NCBI GenBank assembly: GCA_964472445.1
Contig: CAYYMU010000001.1
Location: 1-57,134, forward strand
Direction: 5' to 3'
DNA length: 57,134 nt
DNA from: an uncultured Desulfobacteraceae bacterium
Lineage (GTDB): Bacteria; Desulfobacterota; Desulfobacteria; Desulfobacterales; ETH-SRB1
Within the stretch, counting starts at the first letter, position 1; every line of letters begins with the position of its first letter. The translations under genes and the position numbers were made by a program. Under the pieces are notes generated by a model. The model was given only the letters and a program-made list of their open reading frames with translations. It made no database searches and was not told where the DNA came from. Below, piece by piece: positions 45,126 to 54,430 of this stretch.

Positions 45126-45695
45126 TCAGTATATAAAATCTAATGTGTACCAATCTGTTTCAACATCCCATAAAGAGACGAAAAACAGAATATAGTGCAG
45201 ATAAAATGGAAGGGTTAATTTGCCGACTTCTGCCTTGGCTCTTATTTGATAGTAATCGCCTTTTTGGAGACTGTTGAGTTCAATAATTTTCAGGCTGTTA
45301 ATCTCCGCCATCAGCTTTTGAGCCTCTTCAAAAGATTGCGTAACCAGGGGTTTATCCTTTTCCCATGACCGTGTAATAACAAATTCCTTCTTCAAATTAT
45401 TATATTTAATCATGTGTGTTATTTTTATATCGGCAATCTTATTATCAAACCACATATTGCGTTTCTGATAAAGATCGATATAAAAGAAGAAGGTCGTTTC
45501 CACCCCCTTTAGAATACCTTTTTTCATCTTATCGTTAAAAGCCCCGTCAATATTAAGAAAAACCAGAAGATCATCGCGTGTGTTACTGACAATTATATCT
45601 GTAAGTTTTACCTCATAAGCAAACGCAGGGCAGGGCAGTGTAATAAACAGACAAAGAAGTATGATAATAATTCTGCGGCAAGTCATTGATAACAT
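45126..45695 (-). CDS. DUF4390-like exported protein (conserved NtrY neighbour)
   Basis: 189 aa with a signal peptide. The pattern ...LP.YL......W.....W at the C-terminus and the position directly upstream of an NtrY-like gene match what I recall for DUF4390. Confidence 0.6.
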   Translation of the reverse strand: MLSMTCRRIIIILLCLFITLPCPAFAYEVKLTDIIVSNTRDDLLVFLNIDGAFNDKMKKGILKGVETTFFFYIDLYQKRNMWFDNKIADIKITHMIKYNNLKKEFVITRSWEKDKPLVTQSFEEAQKLMAEINSLKIIELNSLQKGDYYQIRAKAEVGKLTLPFYLHYILFFVSLWDVETDWYTLDFIY

Positions 45696-45864
45696 AATAT
45701 ATAAAAGATTCTTATCTCAACCTGGTTAATGGACAGGGTTTCACAAGTTTAATCGCACCCATTAAGAGAGACTTTTGCAAAACCATCATTATCTGTCATT
45801 TTCACCGTAGGAAAAAATCTTAACGGACTTGGATTATTAAGAAATTAAACCCTTATAACCCTGC

Positions 45865-46728
45865 TTAACTGCCCATTACTCTGGTTTCCCATGATTCTTT
45901 CTGTGCAAATATTTTTTTTAAAAACGCATGATTAAAAAAATGACCTGATCTGCTAACTTTAATGTGGCCTAAAATCGGCATACCTAAAAGCGCAAAATCG
46001 CCTATACAATCAAGGAGTTTATGCCGCACAAATTCATCTTTGTATCGCAAACCATCCTTGTTTAGTATCTTATTTTCATCTATTACAACAACATTATCCA
46101 GCGAACAGCCGCATCCGAGTCCCAAACGCTTCAGTTCTTCATATTCATGAAAAAAACCAAAAGTTCTTGCCCTGCATATTTCGCGCTCAAACACCTCCTC
46201 AGAAAAATCTATTGTATAAGATTGTCTTTGAACCAGAGGGTGCTCATAATTGATATCGCAGGTTATTTTAAATGAAGATGCTGGATATATTCCGACAAAT
46301 TTTTCACCTTTTTCTAACTCAATGGGATTTTTTATTACAAAAAAGCAGCGCTTGGCATCCTGCTTCTTTATGCCTGCCTCCATTATTAAAGATGTGAAAA
46401 TCCCAGCGCTGCCGTCCATTATGGGCATCTCGTAGCTGTCAATCTCAACAAGAGCATTATCAATCGACAGTCCGGCAAAGGTTGACATAAGATGCTCTAT
46501 TGTTGAAACAATAAATCCATCATATCCTATTACAGTTGCAAGGCTCGTATCCACAACCATATTAAAATGTGCGGATATGCTAGGGCTGTCTGGAAGATCT
46601 ACTCTTTTAAATTTTATGCCGTGATTTACCGGCGCAGGTTTGATTGTCAGATTAACCTTTTTGCCCGAATGAATACCTACACCAGAGCATTTGATTAATC
46701 CAGCAACGGTCCTTTGATTAAAATGCAT
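45865..46728 (-). CDS. lpxC: UDP-3-O-acyl-N-acetylglucosamine deacetylase
   Basis: 287 aa. QRT...G.GIHSGK, TIEHLMS, and HKLLD.IGD motifs. Confidence 0.9.
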   Translation of the reverse strand: MHFNQRTVAGLIKCSGVGIHSGKKVNLTIKPAPVNHGIKFKRVDLPDSPSISAHFNMVVDTSLATVIGYDGFIVSTIEHLMSTFAGLSIDNALVEIDSYEMPIMDGSAGIFTSLIMEAGIKKQDAKRCFFVIKNPIELEKGEKFVGIYPASSFKITCDINYEHPLVQRQSYTIDFSEEVFEREICRARTFGFFHEYEELKRLGLGCGCSLDNVVVIDENKILNKDGLRYKDEFVRHKLLDCIGDFALLGMPILGHIKVSRSGHFFNHAFLKKIFAQKESWETRVMGS

Positions 46729-46812
46729 ATATATAATCCTGAGGCCTGATTAAAATATATTTTCATATGAATTTCATATTTACATACTTAATCAAATAAA
46801 AACAATGCTAAA

Positions 46813-49800
46813 TTATCTGATATCCGCATGATAGGCCTGAAGCGATTTCACCATGGATTTGCCTGCTCTTCGTGCGGCAATTCCCTTTGCAGCAGCCAGA
46901 GCGGCTGCAGAAGTAGTAATATTTAGAATTTTGTACTCTATCGCAGCCTTCCGGATATATGAATCATCATCCTTGCTCTCTTTGCCACTTGGCGTATTTA
47001 TAATCAACTGGATTTCTCCGTTTTTAACAGCATCAACGATATGTGGTCTGCCATATCCCAGCTTGCGGATGGTTTCTGACTCAATACCATGCTTTTTTAA
47101 AAAATCATGCGTTCCATTTGTAGATAAAATCTTAAACCCCAAATCTGAGAATAGCCTGGAGGGCTCCAAAACACTCGGCTTATCTTTGTTGGCAACAGTA
47201 ATAAGAACTGTCCCTTCAAGCGGAAGTGAAAGCTGGGTTGCTTTCTGAGATTTGAAAAAAGCGAGTCCAAATGAATCGGCCAAGCCTAAAACTTCTCCGG
47301 TAGACCTCATCTCCGGCCCTAAAAGAGGGTCAACCTCAGGAAACATTTTAAATGGCAGGACAGCTTCCTTAACACCAAAATAAGGTATTTGCTTTTGTTT
47401 AAGATTTAAATCAGAAATCTTTTGGCCCATAACTATCTGGGTTGCAAGCCGTGCCATGGAAAAATTGCATACTTTGGAAACAATCGGCACGGTTCGTGAT
47501 GCCCTTGGATTGGCCTCAAGAATATAAACAGTATTATTTGCAATAGCATACTGGATATTCATAAGCCCGACTACGTTTAGCTCAACAGCAATTTTTCTTG
47601 TGTATTCATTAATAGTCTCTATATGCTTTAAAGGAATACTTACAGGAGGAATCACGCAGGCAGAATCGCCTGAATGCACACCTGCCAGTTCAATATGCTC
47701 CATAACAGCTGGAACAAATGCATCTGCTCCATCTGAAATCGCATCTGCTTCGGCTTCAATGGCGTTTTCAAGAAATTTATCTATCAGTATGGGTCTGTCC
47801 GGTGAAATATCTACAGCCGCAGACATATAATGCAAAAGCATCTCTTCATCATAAACAATTTCCATGGCCCGTCCGCCAAGAACGTAAGATGGCCTGACCA
47901 TTAACGGGTATCCGATTCTTTTGGCTATTTCCAGCGCTTTTTCCATGGTACTGGCCATGCCTGATTCTGGTTGAGGAATTCCAAGTTTCTGCATAACCTT
48001 GCGGAATCTATCCCTGTCCTCTGCAAGATCTATTGCATCAGGAGAGGTCCCCAAAATTATGACACCTGCTTTTTCAAGTTCACTGGCAATATTAAGGGGT
48101 GTCTGCCCTCCAAACTGAACAATAACCCCTTCCGGCTTTTCCTTTTCGTAAATACTTAAAACATCTTCAACAGTAAGGGGTTCAAAATAAAGCCTGTCTG
48201 AGGTGTCATAATCAGTAGAAACTGTCTCAGGGTTACAATTAACCATAATTGATTCATACCCTGCATCACGAATTGCAAATGCAGCATGCACGCAACAGTA
48301 ATCAAATTCAATCCCCTGTCCTATACGATTAGGACCACCGCCAAGCACCATAATTTTTTTGCGGTCGCTTACCTTGGTCTTATCCACCGCATTATAGGTA
48401 GAATAATAATAAGCTGCATTTTCAACACCGCTTACCGGCACTGATTCCCATGCCTCGACAACCCCTAACAGAGCGCGTTTCTTCCTTATATCCTTTTCTG
48501 GAATTCCAATAAGAAAGGAAAGATATCTGTCTGAAAATCCGTCCTTTTTCGCGCTGACAAGCAGATCATCCGGAAGCATTTTCTCTTTATATGCTAAAAT
48601 CTTTTCTTCAAAATCAACCAGCTCCTTCATCTGTTTAATAAACCATGATTTAATATGTGTAAGCTTGTAAAGATCCTGAATTTTGGCTCCCTTTCGCAGA
48701 GCCTCATACATCATAAACTGTCGCTCGCTTGTTGGAACAGCCAGCATGCTCATTAATTCATTTAGAGATTTTTTGTTAAAGTCCTTAGCAAAACCAAGGC
48801 CATAGCGATTAATCTCAAGAGATCTGATTGCTTTTTGAAAAGCCTCCTTATAGTTTTTACCAATACTCATGGCTTCGCCAACAGCACGCATCTGGGTTCC
48901 AAGTTTATCTTCAACACCTTTAAATTTTTCGAAAGCCCATCTCGCAAATTTTACAACCACATAGTCACCCGAAGGTGTATATTTTTCAAGGGTTCCATCA
49001 CGCCAGTAGGGAATTTCATCCAGAGTTAAACCACATGCCAGCATGGAAGAGATCAAGGCGATTGGAAAACCGGTTGCCTTGGATGCCAGGGCTGAGGATC
49101 TGGAAGTTCTCGGGTTGATTTCAATTACAACAACTCTGTCTGTATCAGGGTCATGGGCAAATTGAATGTTTGTTCCACCTATTACCTCAATTGCTTCAAC
49201 AATAGCATAGGAATATTTTTCAAGACGCTTTTGCAAACCAGGCTCAATAGTCATCATAGGCGCGGTGCAGAAAGAATCACCAGTGTGTACACCCATGGCA
49301 TCGACATTTTCAATAAAGCAAACCGTAACCATTTGATTTTTAGCGTCTCTTACTACTTCCAGCTCGAGTTCTTCCCAGCCTAAAACCGATTCCTCCACAA
49401 GAATCTGGTTTACAAGACTTTCAGACAAACCCCTCGCAGCGACTGTACGAAGCTCTTCAATATTATACACCAGGCCGCCTCCGGTTCCACCCATGGTATA
49501 GGCAGGGCGAATCACAACAGGATAACCTATTTCTGCGGCAATTTTCTCAGCATCTTCAACCTTGTTTACTGTTTGACTCTCCGGCATTTCAATACCAAGG
49601 CTATTCATGGTTTCCTTGAAAGCTGTACGGTCTTCTCCCCTTTTAATAGCATCAATATTTACACCAATAACCTTTACATTGTATTCATCAAGCACACCTG
49701 ACTCCGCCAGCTCAGATGATAAATTAAGAGCTGACTGACCTCCTAAATTTGGAAGCAGGGCATCTGGTCGTTCTGCTTTAATAATTTCTGTCAGCACTTT

Positions 49801-50013
49801 AAGGTTAAGAGGCTCAATATATGTAACATCGGCCATACCAGGATCTGTCATAATTGTTGCAGGATTCGAGTTTACAAGAACAATTTCATAGCCAAGAGAA
49901 CGCAGTGCCTTGCATGCCTGAGTGCCTGAATAGTCAAATTCACATGCCTGGCCAATGATTATAGGGCCCGAACCAATAATAAGTATCTTTTTTATATCGT
50001 TGCGTTTTGGCAT
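46813..50013 (-). CDS. carB: Carbamoyl-phosphate synthase large subunit
   Basis: 1066 aa with duplicated ATP-grasp halves. ILIIGSGPIIIGQACEFDYSG and IMVLGGGPNRIGQGIEFDYC. Confidence 0.95.
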   Translation of the reverse strand: MPKRNDIKKILIIGSGPIIIGQACEFDYSGTQACKALRSLGYEIVLVNSNPATIMTDPGMADVTYIEPLNLKVLTEIIKAERPDALLPNLGGQSALNLSSELAESGVLDEYNVKVIGVNIDAIKRGEDRTAFKETMNSLGIEMPESQTVNKVEDAEKIAAEIGYPVVIRPAYTMGGTGGGLVYNIEELRTVAARGLSESLVNQILVEESVLGWEELELEVVRDAKNQMVTVCFIENVDAMGVHTGDSFCTAPMMTIEPGLQKRLEKYSYAIVEAIEVIGGTNIQFAHDPDTDRVVVIEINPRTSRSSALASKATGFPIALISSMLACGLTLDEIPYWRDGTLEKYTPSGDYVVVKFARWAFEKFKGVEDKLGTQMRAVGEAMSIGKNYKEAFQKAIRSLEINRYGLGFAKDFNKKSLNELMSMLAVPTSERQFMMYEALRKGAKIQDLYKLTHIKSWFIKQMKELVDFEEKILAYKEKMLPDDLLVSAKKDGFSDRYLSFLIGIPEKDIRKKRALLGVVEAWESVPVSGVENAAYYYSTYNAVDKTKVSDRKKIMVLGGGPNRIGQGIEFDYCCVHAAFAIRDAGYESIMVNCNPETVSTDYDTSDRLYFEPLTVEDVLSIYEKEKPEGVIVQFGGQTPLNIASELEKAGVIILGTSPDAIDLAEDRDRFRKVMQKLGIPQPESGMASTMEKALEIAKRIGYPLMVRPSYVLGGRAMEIVYDEEMLLHYMSAAVDISPDRPILIDKFLENAIEAEADAISDGADAFVPAVMEHIELAGVHSGDSACVIPPVSIPLKHIETINEYTRKIAVELNVVGLMNIQYAIANNTVYILEANPRASRTVPIVSKVCNFSMARLATQIVMGQKISDLNLKQKQIPYFGVKEAVLPFKMFPEVDPLLGPEMRSTGEVLGLADSFGLAFFKSQKATQLSLPLEGTVLITVANKDKPSVLEPSRLFSDLGFKILSTNGTHDFLKKHGIESETIRKLGYGRPHIVDAVKNGEIQLIINTPSGKESKDDDSYIRKAAIEYKILNITTSAAALAAAKGIAARRAGKSMVKSLQAYHADIR

Positions 50014-50156
50014 TAAAAATTCCTTTCGCTTGATAATTTAATTATAACTGTTACGATAACCCGAAAAAACTACATATCATTTCCCGTCATTCAGACGAAA
50101 GCCGTACCTGAGGCGAACAAGCTCAGTAGATGGGGCTTTTTACGACGCCATCAGGT

Positions 50157-51563
50157 TTACTTATAATAACTGGATCCATCCCAGCAGTGAGTACACAGTT
50201 TTTCCTTTGGCAAACCAATAGCTTTTACAAGGTCTTCCAGTTTTTGCATTTTTAATGAGGTAAGCTTCAACCTTTTCCTTATTGTATCTATCATAGCATT
50301 ACTTCTTTCCGATCCGGCAATTGCATATTCATCCAGAAACTTATCATCACTCCCTTCAAGTTCTTTAATTGCTTTACGGCCTGCAAGATCGAGTGTCGAT
50401 CGAGATGCAGAAAAATTTAGAAACTCACAGGGATAAATTAAAGTAGGGCAGGCTGGGCGCATGTGCACCTCTTTTGCGCCGTAATCAAATAATATTTGAA
50501 CATTATCCTCCAACTGAGTACCTCTTACAATTGAATCTTCACAAAAAAGAATTTTCTTGTTTTCAATCATCGATCTTACCGGGATAAGCTTCATTTTTGC
50601 AATAATATCTCTCCGCTCCTGGTTTTGAGGCATAAAACTTCTGGGCCAGGTCGGGGTATATTTAACAAATGGTCGTGTATATGGAATTTTCTTTTTATTT
50701 GCATAGCCAATTGCATGAGCAATTCCCGAATCTGGTACTCCTGCAACACAATCTACATCTATATCGTCATTTTCTGCAAGATAGCGTCCGCACCTGTATC
50801 TGACAGACTCTACGTTTATTCCTTCATAATAAGATGCAGGATAACCATAATAAATCCAGAGAAAAGAGCATATCTGCATCTTACTTTCCGGCTTTTTTTT
50901 CTGTTCACATCCCTCTGGTGTCAAAAGGACAATCTCCCCCGGCCCAAGATATTTTTCAACATCGTATCCAAGATTAGGAAATGCGCATGTTTCAGAAGAT
51001 ACTGCATACGCACCTTCTTTTTTTCCAATGGCAACAGGGGTTCTGCCCAATCTGTCCCTTGCAGCAAAAATCCCTTTTTCTGTAAGCAAAAGCATTGAAC
51101 ATGAACCTTTAATGAGTTTTTGAGCATTTTCAATGCCCTCCTCATAAGATCCTTTTCCACAGATCAGCATTGCCGCCAGTTCTGTAGGATTTGTTATCCC
51201 TCCGGTTGTTTCTGAAAAATGCAGTTTATCTGAAAATGCTTTGGCAACAAGCTCTTCGATATTGACAATTTTGCCAACAGTTACAATTGCGAATGTACCC
51301 AGATGGGAACCGATAATAAGAGGCTGTGAATCATTATCGCTGATAACTCCAATTCCTTTATTGCCTTTTAATTTAGGAAGATCTGACTCAAATTTGGACC
51401 TGAAATAGTCATTTTCAATATTATGAATAGACCTTGTAAATTCTTTGGAATTTTTAACAGCAAGTCCACCGCGTTTTGTACCAAGATGTGAATGATAATC
51501 AGTCCCGTAAAACAAATCATTTACACAATCCTGTTTTGAAACACTTCCGAATAAACCACCCAT
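50157..51563 (-). CDS. Amidophosphoribosyltransferase (PurF)-like protein lacking the N-terminal Cys nucleophile
   Basis: 468 aa with a class-II amidotransferase-like N-domain and a PRTase motif (LFCEDSIVRGTQ). The N-terminus reads MGGLFG where PurF has M(pro)CG(V/I)(F/V)G. GAGGGG RBS fixes the start. Confidence 0.7.
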   Translation of the reverse strand: MGGLFGSVSKQDCVNDLFYGTDYHSHLGTKRGGLAVKNSKEFTRSIHNIENDYFRSKFESDLPKLKGNKGIGVISDNDSQPLIIGSHLGTFAIVTVGKIVNIEELVAKAFSDKLHFSETTGGITNPTELAAMLICGKGSYEEGIENAQKLIKGSCSMLLLTEKGIFAARDRLGRTPVAIGKKEGAYAVSSETCAFPNLGYDVEKYLGPGEIVLLTPEGCEQKKKPESKMQICSFLWIYYGYPASYYEGINVESVRYRCGRYLAENDDIDVDCVAGVPDSGIAHAIGYANKKKIPYTRPFVKYTPTWPRSFMPQNQERRDIIAKMKLIPVRSMIENKKILFCEDSIVRGTQLEDNVQILFDYGAKEVHMRPACPTLIYPCEFLNFSASRSTLDLAGRKAIKELEGSDDKFLDEYAIAGSERSNAMIDTIRKRLKLTSLKMQKLEDLVKAIGLPKEKLCTHCWDGSSYYK

Positions 51564-51576
51564 AAAAACCCCTCAA

Positions 51577-52182
51577 TTAAAAAAATATTGAATACCCTAT
51601 TGTCCCAAAATGGCTTTCGATACCATTATTAGGCTGTGATAGATTGGCGCTGGACATATGCCTGAATCTGTATCCTATGATTATGGCTGATTTTCCATTA
51701 AGAAAATAATAGAACCCTGCCCCTATAATATCGGAAAATGCAAAACCATTGGCCTGTTTTGCTGTATTCACCGATATATAATGAGGGCTTGCGCCAGCCA
51801 GTATATATGGAGACAATCTTTCTGTAAGCCGATACATGAATCCTTAACCCAGACCTATTCCACATTCAATGTCTGTCTCAGGATTTAGAACCGGATTAAT
51901 CTGTGGTTCCATATAAAATGTAATTTTACCTTTGCTGTGTTCTGGCACGCTAAAATATTGATTAGGACCAATTGCCAGATGCCAGATAAACAAAACAGGC
52001 TGATAATCACCTTCATCAATGTTCCCGCTGCCAAAGCCTGTAATAAAACCGGATTCTGCCAACTGTGCAGCCTTTGAGTCGAATGTTTCAGAAAGGTTCT
52101 CATCTGCGTATGCCGAGTGGGGTATAAAAACCGCCGGAATCGAAAAAATCATAATTGCTATTACAATTTTAAAAGATTCCAC
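51577..52182 (-). pseudogene. PagL/acyloxyacyl-hydrolase-like outer-membrane protein gene interrupted by an in-frame TAA
   Basis: The ORFs at 51844-52182 (signal peptide plus N-terminal half) and 51577-51837 (GYRFRHMSSANL..PNNGI..., C-terminal Phe) are in the same frame. They are separated only by the TAA at 51844-51846. Confidence 0.55.
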
Positions 52183-52603
52183 TTAACTCTCCGTATGAGG
52201 CCTTTGAAAAATGCTCAATTTCTAAAAAGTCTCCCTGTTTAATTTAGACAGTTACAAAACCGCTGATTTGTAAAATTAAATTGAGCCTTATGTCAATAAT
52301 CTTTAATCAAATCAAAAAATTTTGTAACAATCGTGGTAAATTCTAAGGAGCGCAACGCGATGTTTTTACCACAAATCACACAAAAATTGATTGTCTTAAA
52401 AAAAATCAAAGATGACCGGAATCAAGCGAAATAATTTTATCTGTGAAGCAAGCAAAAGACATTGTATAAGAAAAAGGCTATAAAACTATAGACCCTTAAA
52501 CCGCAAATGTTAAGTGTATTCCGAAAATTTTCCTGACTGCCGACATGCCTCTCAGCAGGGTTGAGATATTTGCGTTTATGTTATTTTTTATGTTAGAATT
52601 ATT

Positions 52604-53031
52604 GTAACTATTCAGCCACGGATTAACACAGACTTGTCCGCCTCAGGAGGATGAACGCAGATAGGTTTAAATACAGTAACTACTCAGGCACAGAGGGGCA
52701 AAGGCACAGTGGCACAAAGCAAAATAAAAACATATAGAGATTTGCAGGTCTGGCAAAAATCAATGCCCCTCTGTTCCTGATGAATTGCAAACCCAGATAG
52801 AAATTTCTATGAACCTGTATTATTTGAAAAGATACGAATTCGATAAGTTATCTGAATTAAGCCGAGAGATAAAACGAATGCTTAGCAGCTTAATCAGGAA
52901 GTTAAGCGGCAACAAATAGGCAAGACAACTATGCCCCTCTGTGCCCTTGCCCCTCTGTGCCTGAGTGGTTATATGATAATAAAAGAAAAAATATCAGTGA
53001 TGATCAGCGTAGATAGGCGGCTGAATAGTTA
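52604..53031. mobile_element. 428-bp non-autonomous element carrying a degraded four-helix-bundle (23S rRNA IVS-type) gene
   Basis: Termini GTAACTATTCAGCC / GGCTGAATAGTTAC. Flanked by the 8-bp direct duplication GAATTATT (52596-52603 and 53032-53039). Inner inverted repeats ACTCAGGCACAGAGGGGCAAAGGCACAG / CTGTGCCCTTGCCCCTCTGTGCCTGAGT. Confidence 0.8.
52709..52919 (+). pseudogene. Four-helix-bundle protein gene remnant (internal deletion plus frameshift)
   Basis: An N-terminal fragment ...KTYRDLQVWQKSM stops at 52778-52780. A C-terminal fragment ELQTQIEISMNLYYLKRYEFDKLSELSREIKRMLSSLIRKLSGNK sits in another frame. Both resemble the ends of 23S-IVS/four-helix-bundle proteins. Confidence 0.65.
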
Positions 53032-53090
53032 CGAATTATTAAAGTAATTAACTGTATCTTGATTAAAAGGTTTTATGGAGAATAAATAAT

Positions 53091-53432
53091 ATGAATTCTT
53101 ATATTATAATTAGCATTTTCACTCTGCTCGCCAGTTTTTCGTGGGTCGTGCTTTCCTATGATCATTATGCTAAACTTAAAAATTGGCATATTAGCAACCG
53201 GTATGAAAAAAATACTTCTCTGATAAAAATTGCCGGTTTTATTTCTTTACCAAGTTCAGCACTCGCTACTGCTTACATGTTTAAGTGGTGGAGTCCATTT
53301 ATAGTACTTATTATTGGTTTCTGCTTAGCTCAAATAATGACAAGTATATTTAAAAAGAATGTGCAGTACATAGCATTAGTGGGTGTTCCGATTTTCCTTT
53401 TTATAGGCATAATAATTTTACACAATATTTAA
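53091..53432 (+). CDS. Hypothetical small membrane protein (3-4 TM)
   Basis: 113-aa hydrophobic ORF with a GGAGA RBS. No recognisable motif. Confidence 0.5.
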   Translation: MNSYIIISIFTLLASFSWVVLSYDHYAKLKNWHISNRYEKNTSLIKIAGFISLPSSALATAYMFKWWSPFIVLIIGFCLAQIMTSIFKKNVQYIALVGVPIFLFIGIIILHNI

Positions 53433-53592
53433 ATTGATATGCCAGGATATAAAGTTTTTAAGTTTAAGCACTTGGCATCGAATTATAACGGAACCCTTGC
53501 TTGTGATGGGCAGTTAATGTCTGGAGTAAAAAAAATTACAAACCCTCAGAATTCAGGATTATCCCTGAGTTCTATATTAGAAGGCCAACAAA

Positions 53593-54384
53593 ATGACATA
53601 TCCTTGCCTCTTGGATGAAAAGATCAGAGCCGTGGCAGAAATGATTTCAATTTCTGAACGGATCGTTGTTTTTACCGGAGCAGGTATCAGCACGGAATCG
53701 GGAATTCCTGATTTTCGCAGTTCCGGAGGAATCTGGACCAAATTCGAGCCTGATGATTTTACCATACAAAAATTTTTAAGCAGTGAAGAAACAAGAAAAA
53801 AGCAATGGAAAATTCTCGTTGAAGGAGGCCTTTTTTCAAACATCATGCCTAATCAGGCTCACTATGCTGTCGCAGAATTAGAAAAACTGGACAAGCTTGA
53901 TTGCGTTATTACACAGAACATAGACGATCTTCATCAGAAGGCAGGGAATTCTCCTGATAAGGTTTTTGAATTACATGGAACCATGAAATTAGTCAGATGC
54001 CTGAGTTGCGGTGAACAGTATGATATTGAATATATCAAAGAAAAACTAAAAAAGGGGATTGAAATTCCAGACTGTGAAAAATGTCACGGTATTTTAAAGC
54101 CGGATATCATCTTCTTTGGCGAAGCTCTTCCATCAATAACAATGGACGCTGCTATAAAACACTCTGGGAATTGCGATCTTTTGATTGCCATAGGTTCTTC
54201 ACTTGTAGTACATCCGGCAGCTTTTATGCCGGTATATGCAAAAGAAACAGGCGCAAAACTGGTTATCATCAACATCGGCGAGACGTCATGTGACAAGATT
54301 GCGGACATAGTCATAAATGGCAAGGCTGGCGAGACAATGGCGGGAATAGTAAAGTTGTTGCATGAAGAACTTCTATGCATATAA
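53593..54384 (+). CDS. cobB: NAD-dependent protein deacylase (sirtuin, CobB/Sir2 family)
   Basis: GAGISTESGIPDFRS, TQNIDDLH, Zn ribbon CLSCG...CEKCHG, and GSSLVVHPA. Confidence 0.85.
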   Translation: MTYPCLLDEKIRAVAEMISISERIVVFTGAGISTESGIPDFRSSGGIWTKFEPDDFTIQKFLSSEETRKKQWKILVEGGLFSNIMPNQAHYAVAELEKLDKLDCVITQNIDDLHQKAGNSPDKVFELHGTMKLVRCLSCGEQYDIEYIKEKLKKGIEIPDCEKCHGILKPDIIFFGEALPSITMDAAIKHSGNCDLLIAIGSSLVVHPAAFMPVYAKETGAKLVIINIGETSCDKIADIVINGKAGETMAGIVKLLHEELLCI

Positions 54385-54430
54385 TACTAATTGCTTTAGA
54401 TCATAAATCGTGGTTTAGAGGTCAAGAATT

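Noticed and set aside
50113-50152. Possible solo right end of MITE family 1 (GCGAACAA...CTTTTTACGACGCCATC) downstream of the PurF-like gene.
   Set aside because: Only about 25 nt match convincingly, and no left end or target duplication was found. I kept it as a note, not a feature.
46813-51563. Absence of carA next to carB as evidence for a novel glutaminase partner.
   Set aside because: carA can simply be encoded elsewhere in the genome. The window cannot distinguish these possibilities, and the neighbouring PurF-like protein lacks the nucleophile needed to replace CarA.
51838-51846. In-frame stop in the PagL-like gene as programmed recoding or readthrough.
   Set aside because: The codon is TAA, not TGA (Sec) or TAG (Pyl). 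No SECIS-like hairpin is evident, and a Met codon follows two codons later. A pseudogene or sequencing error is more likely.
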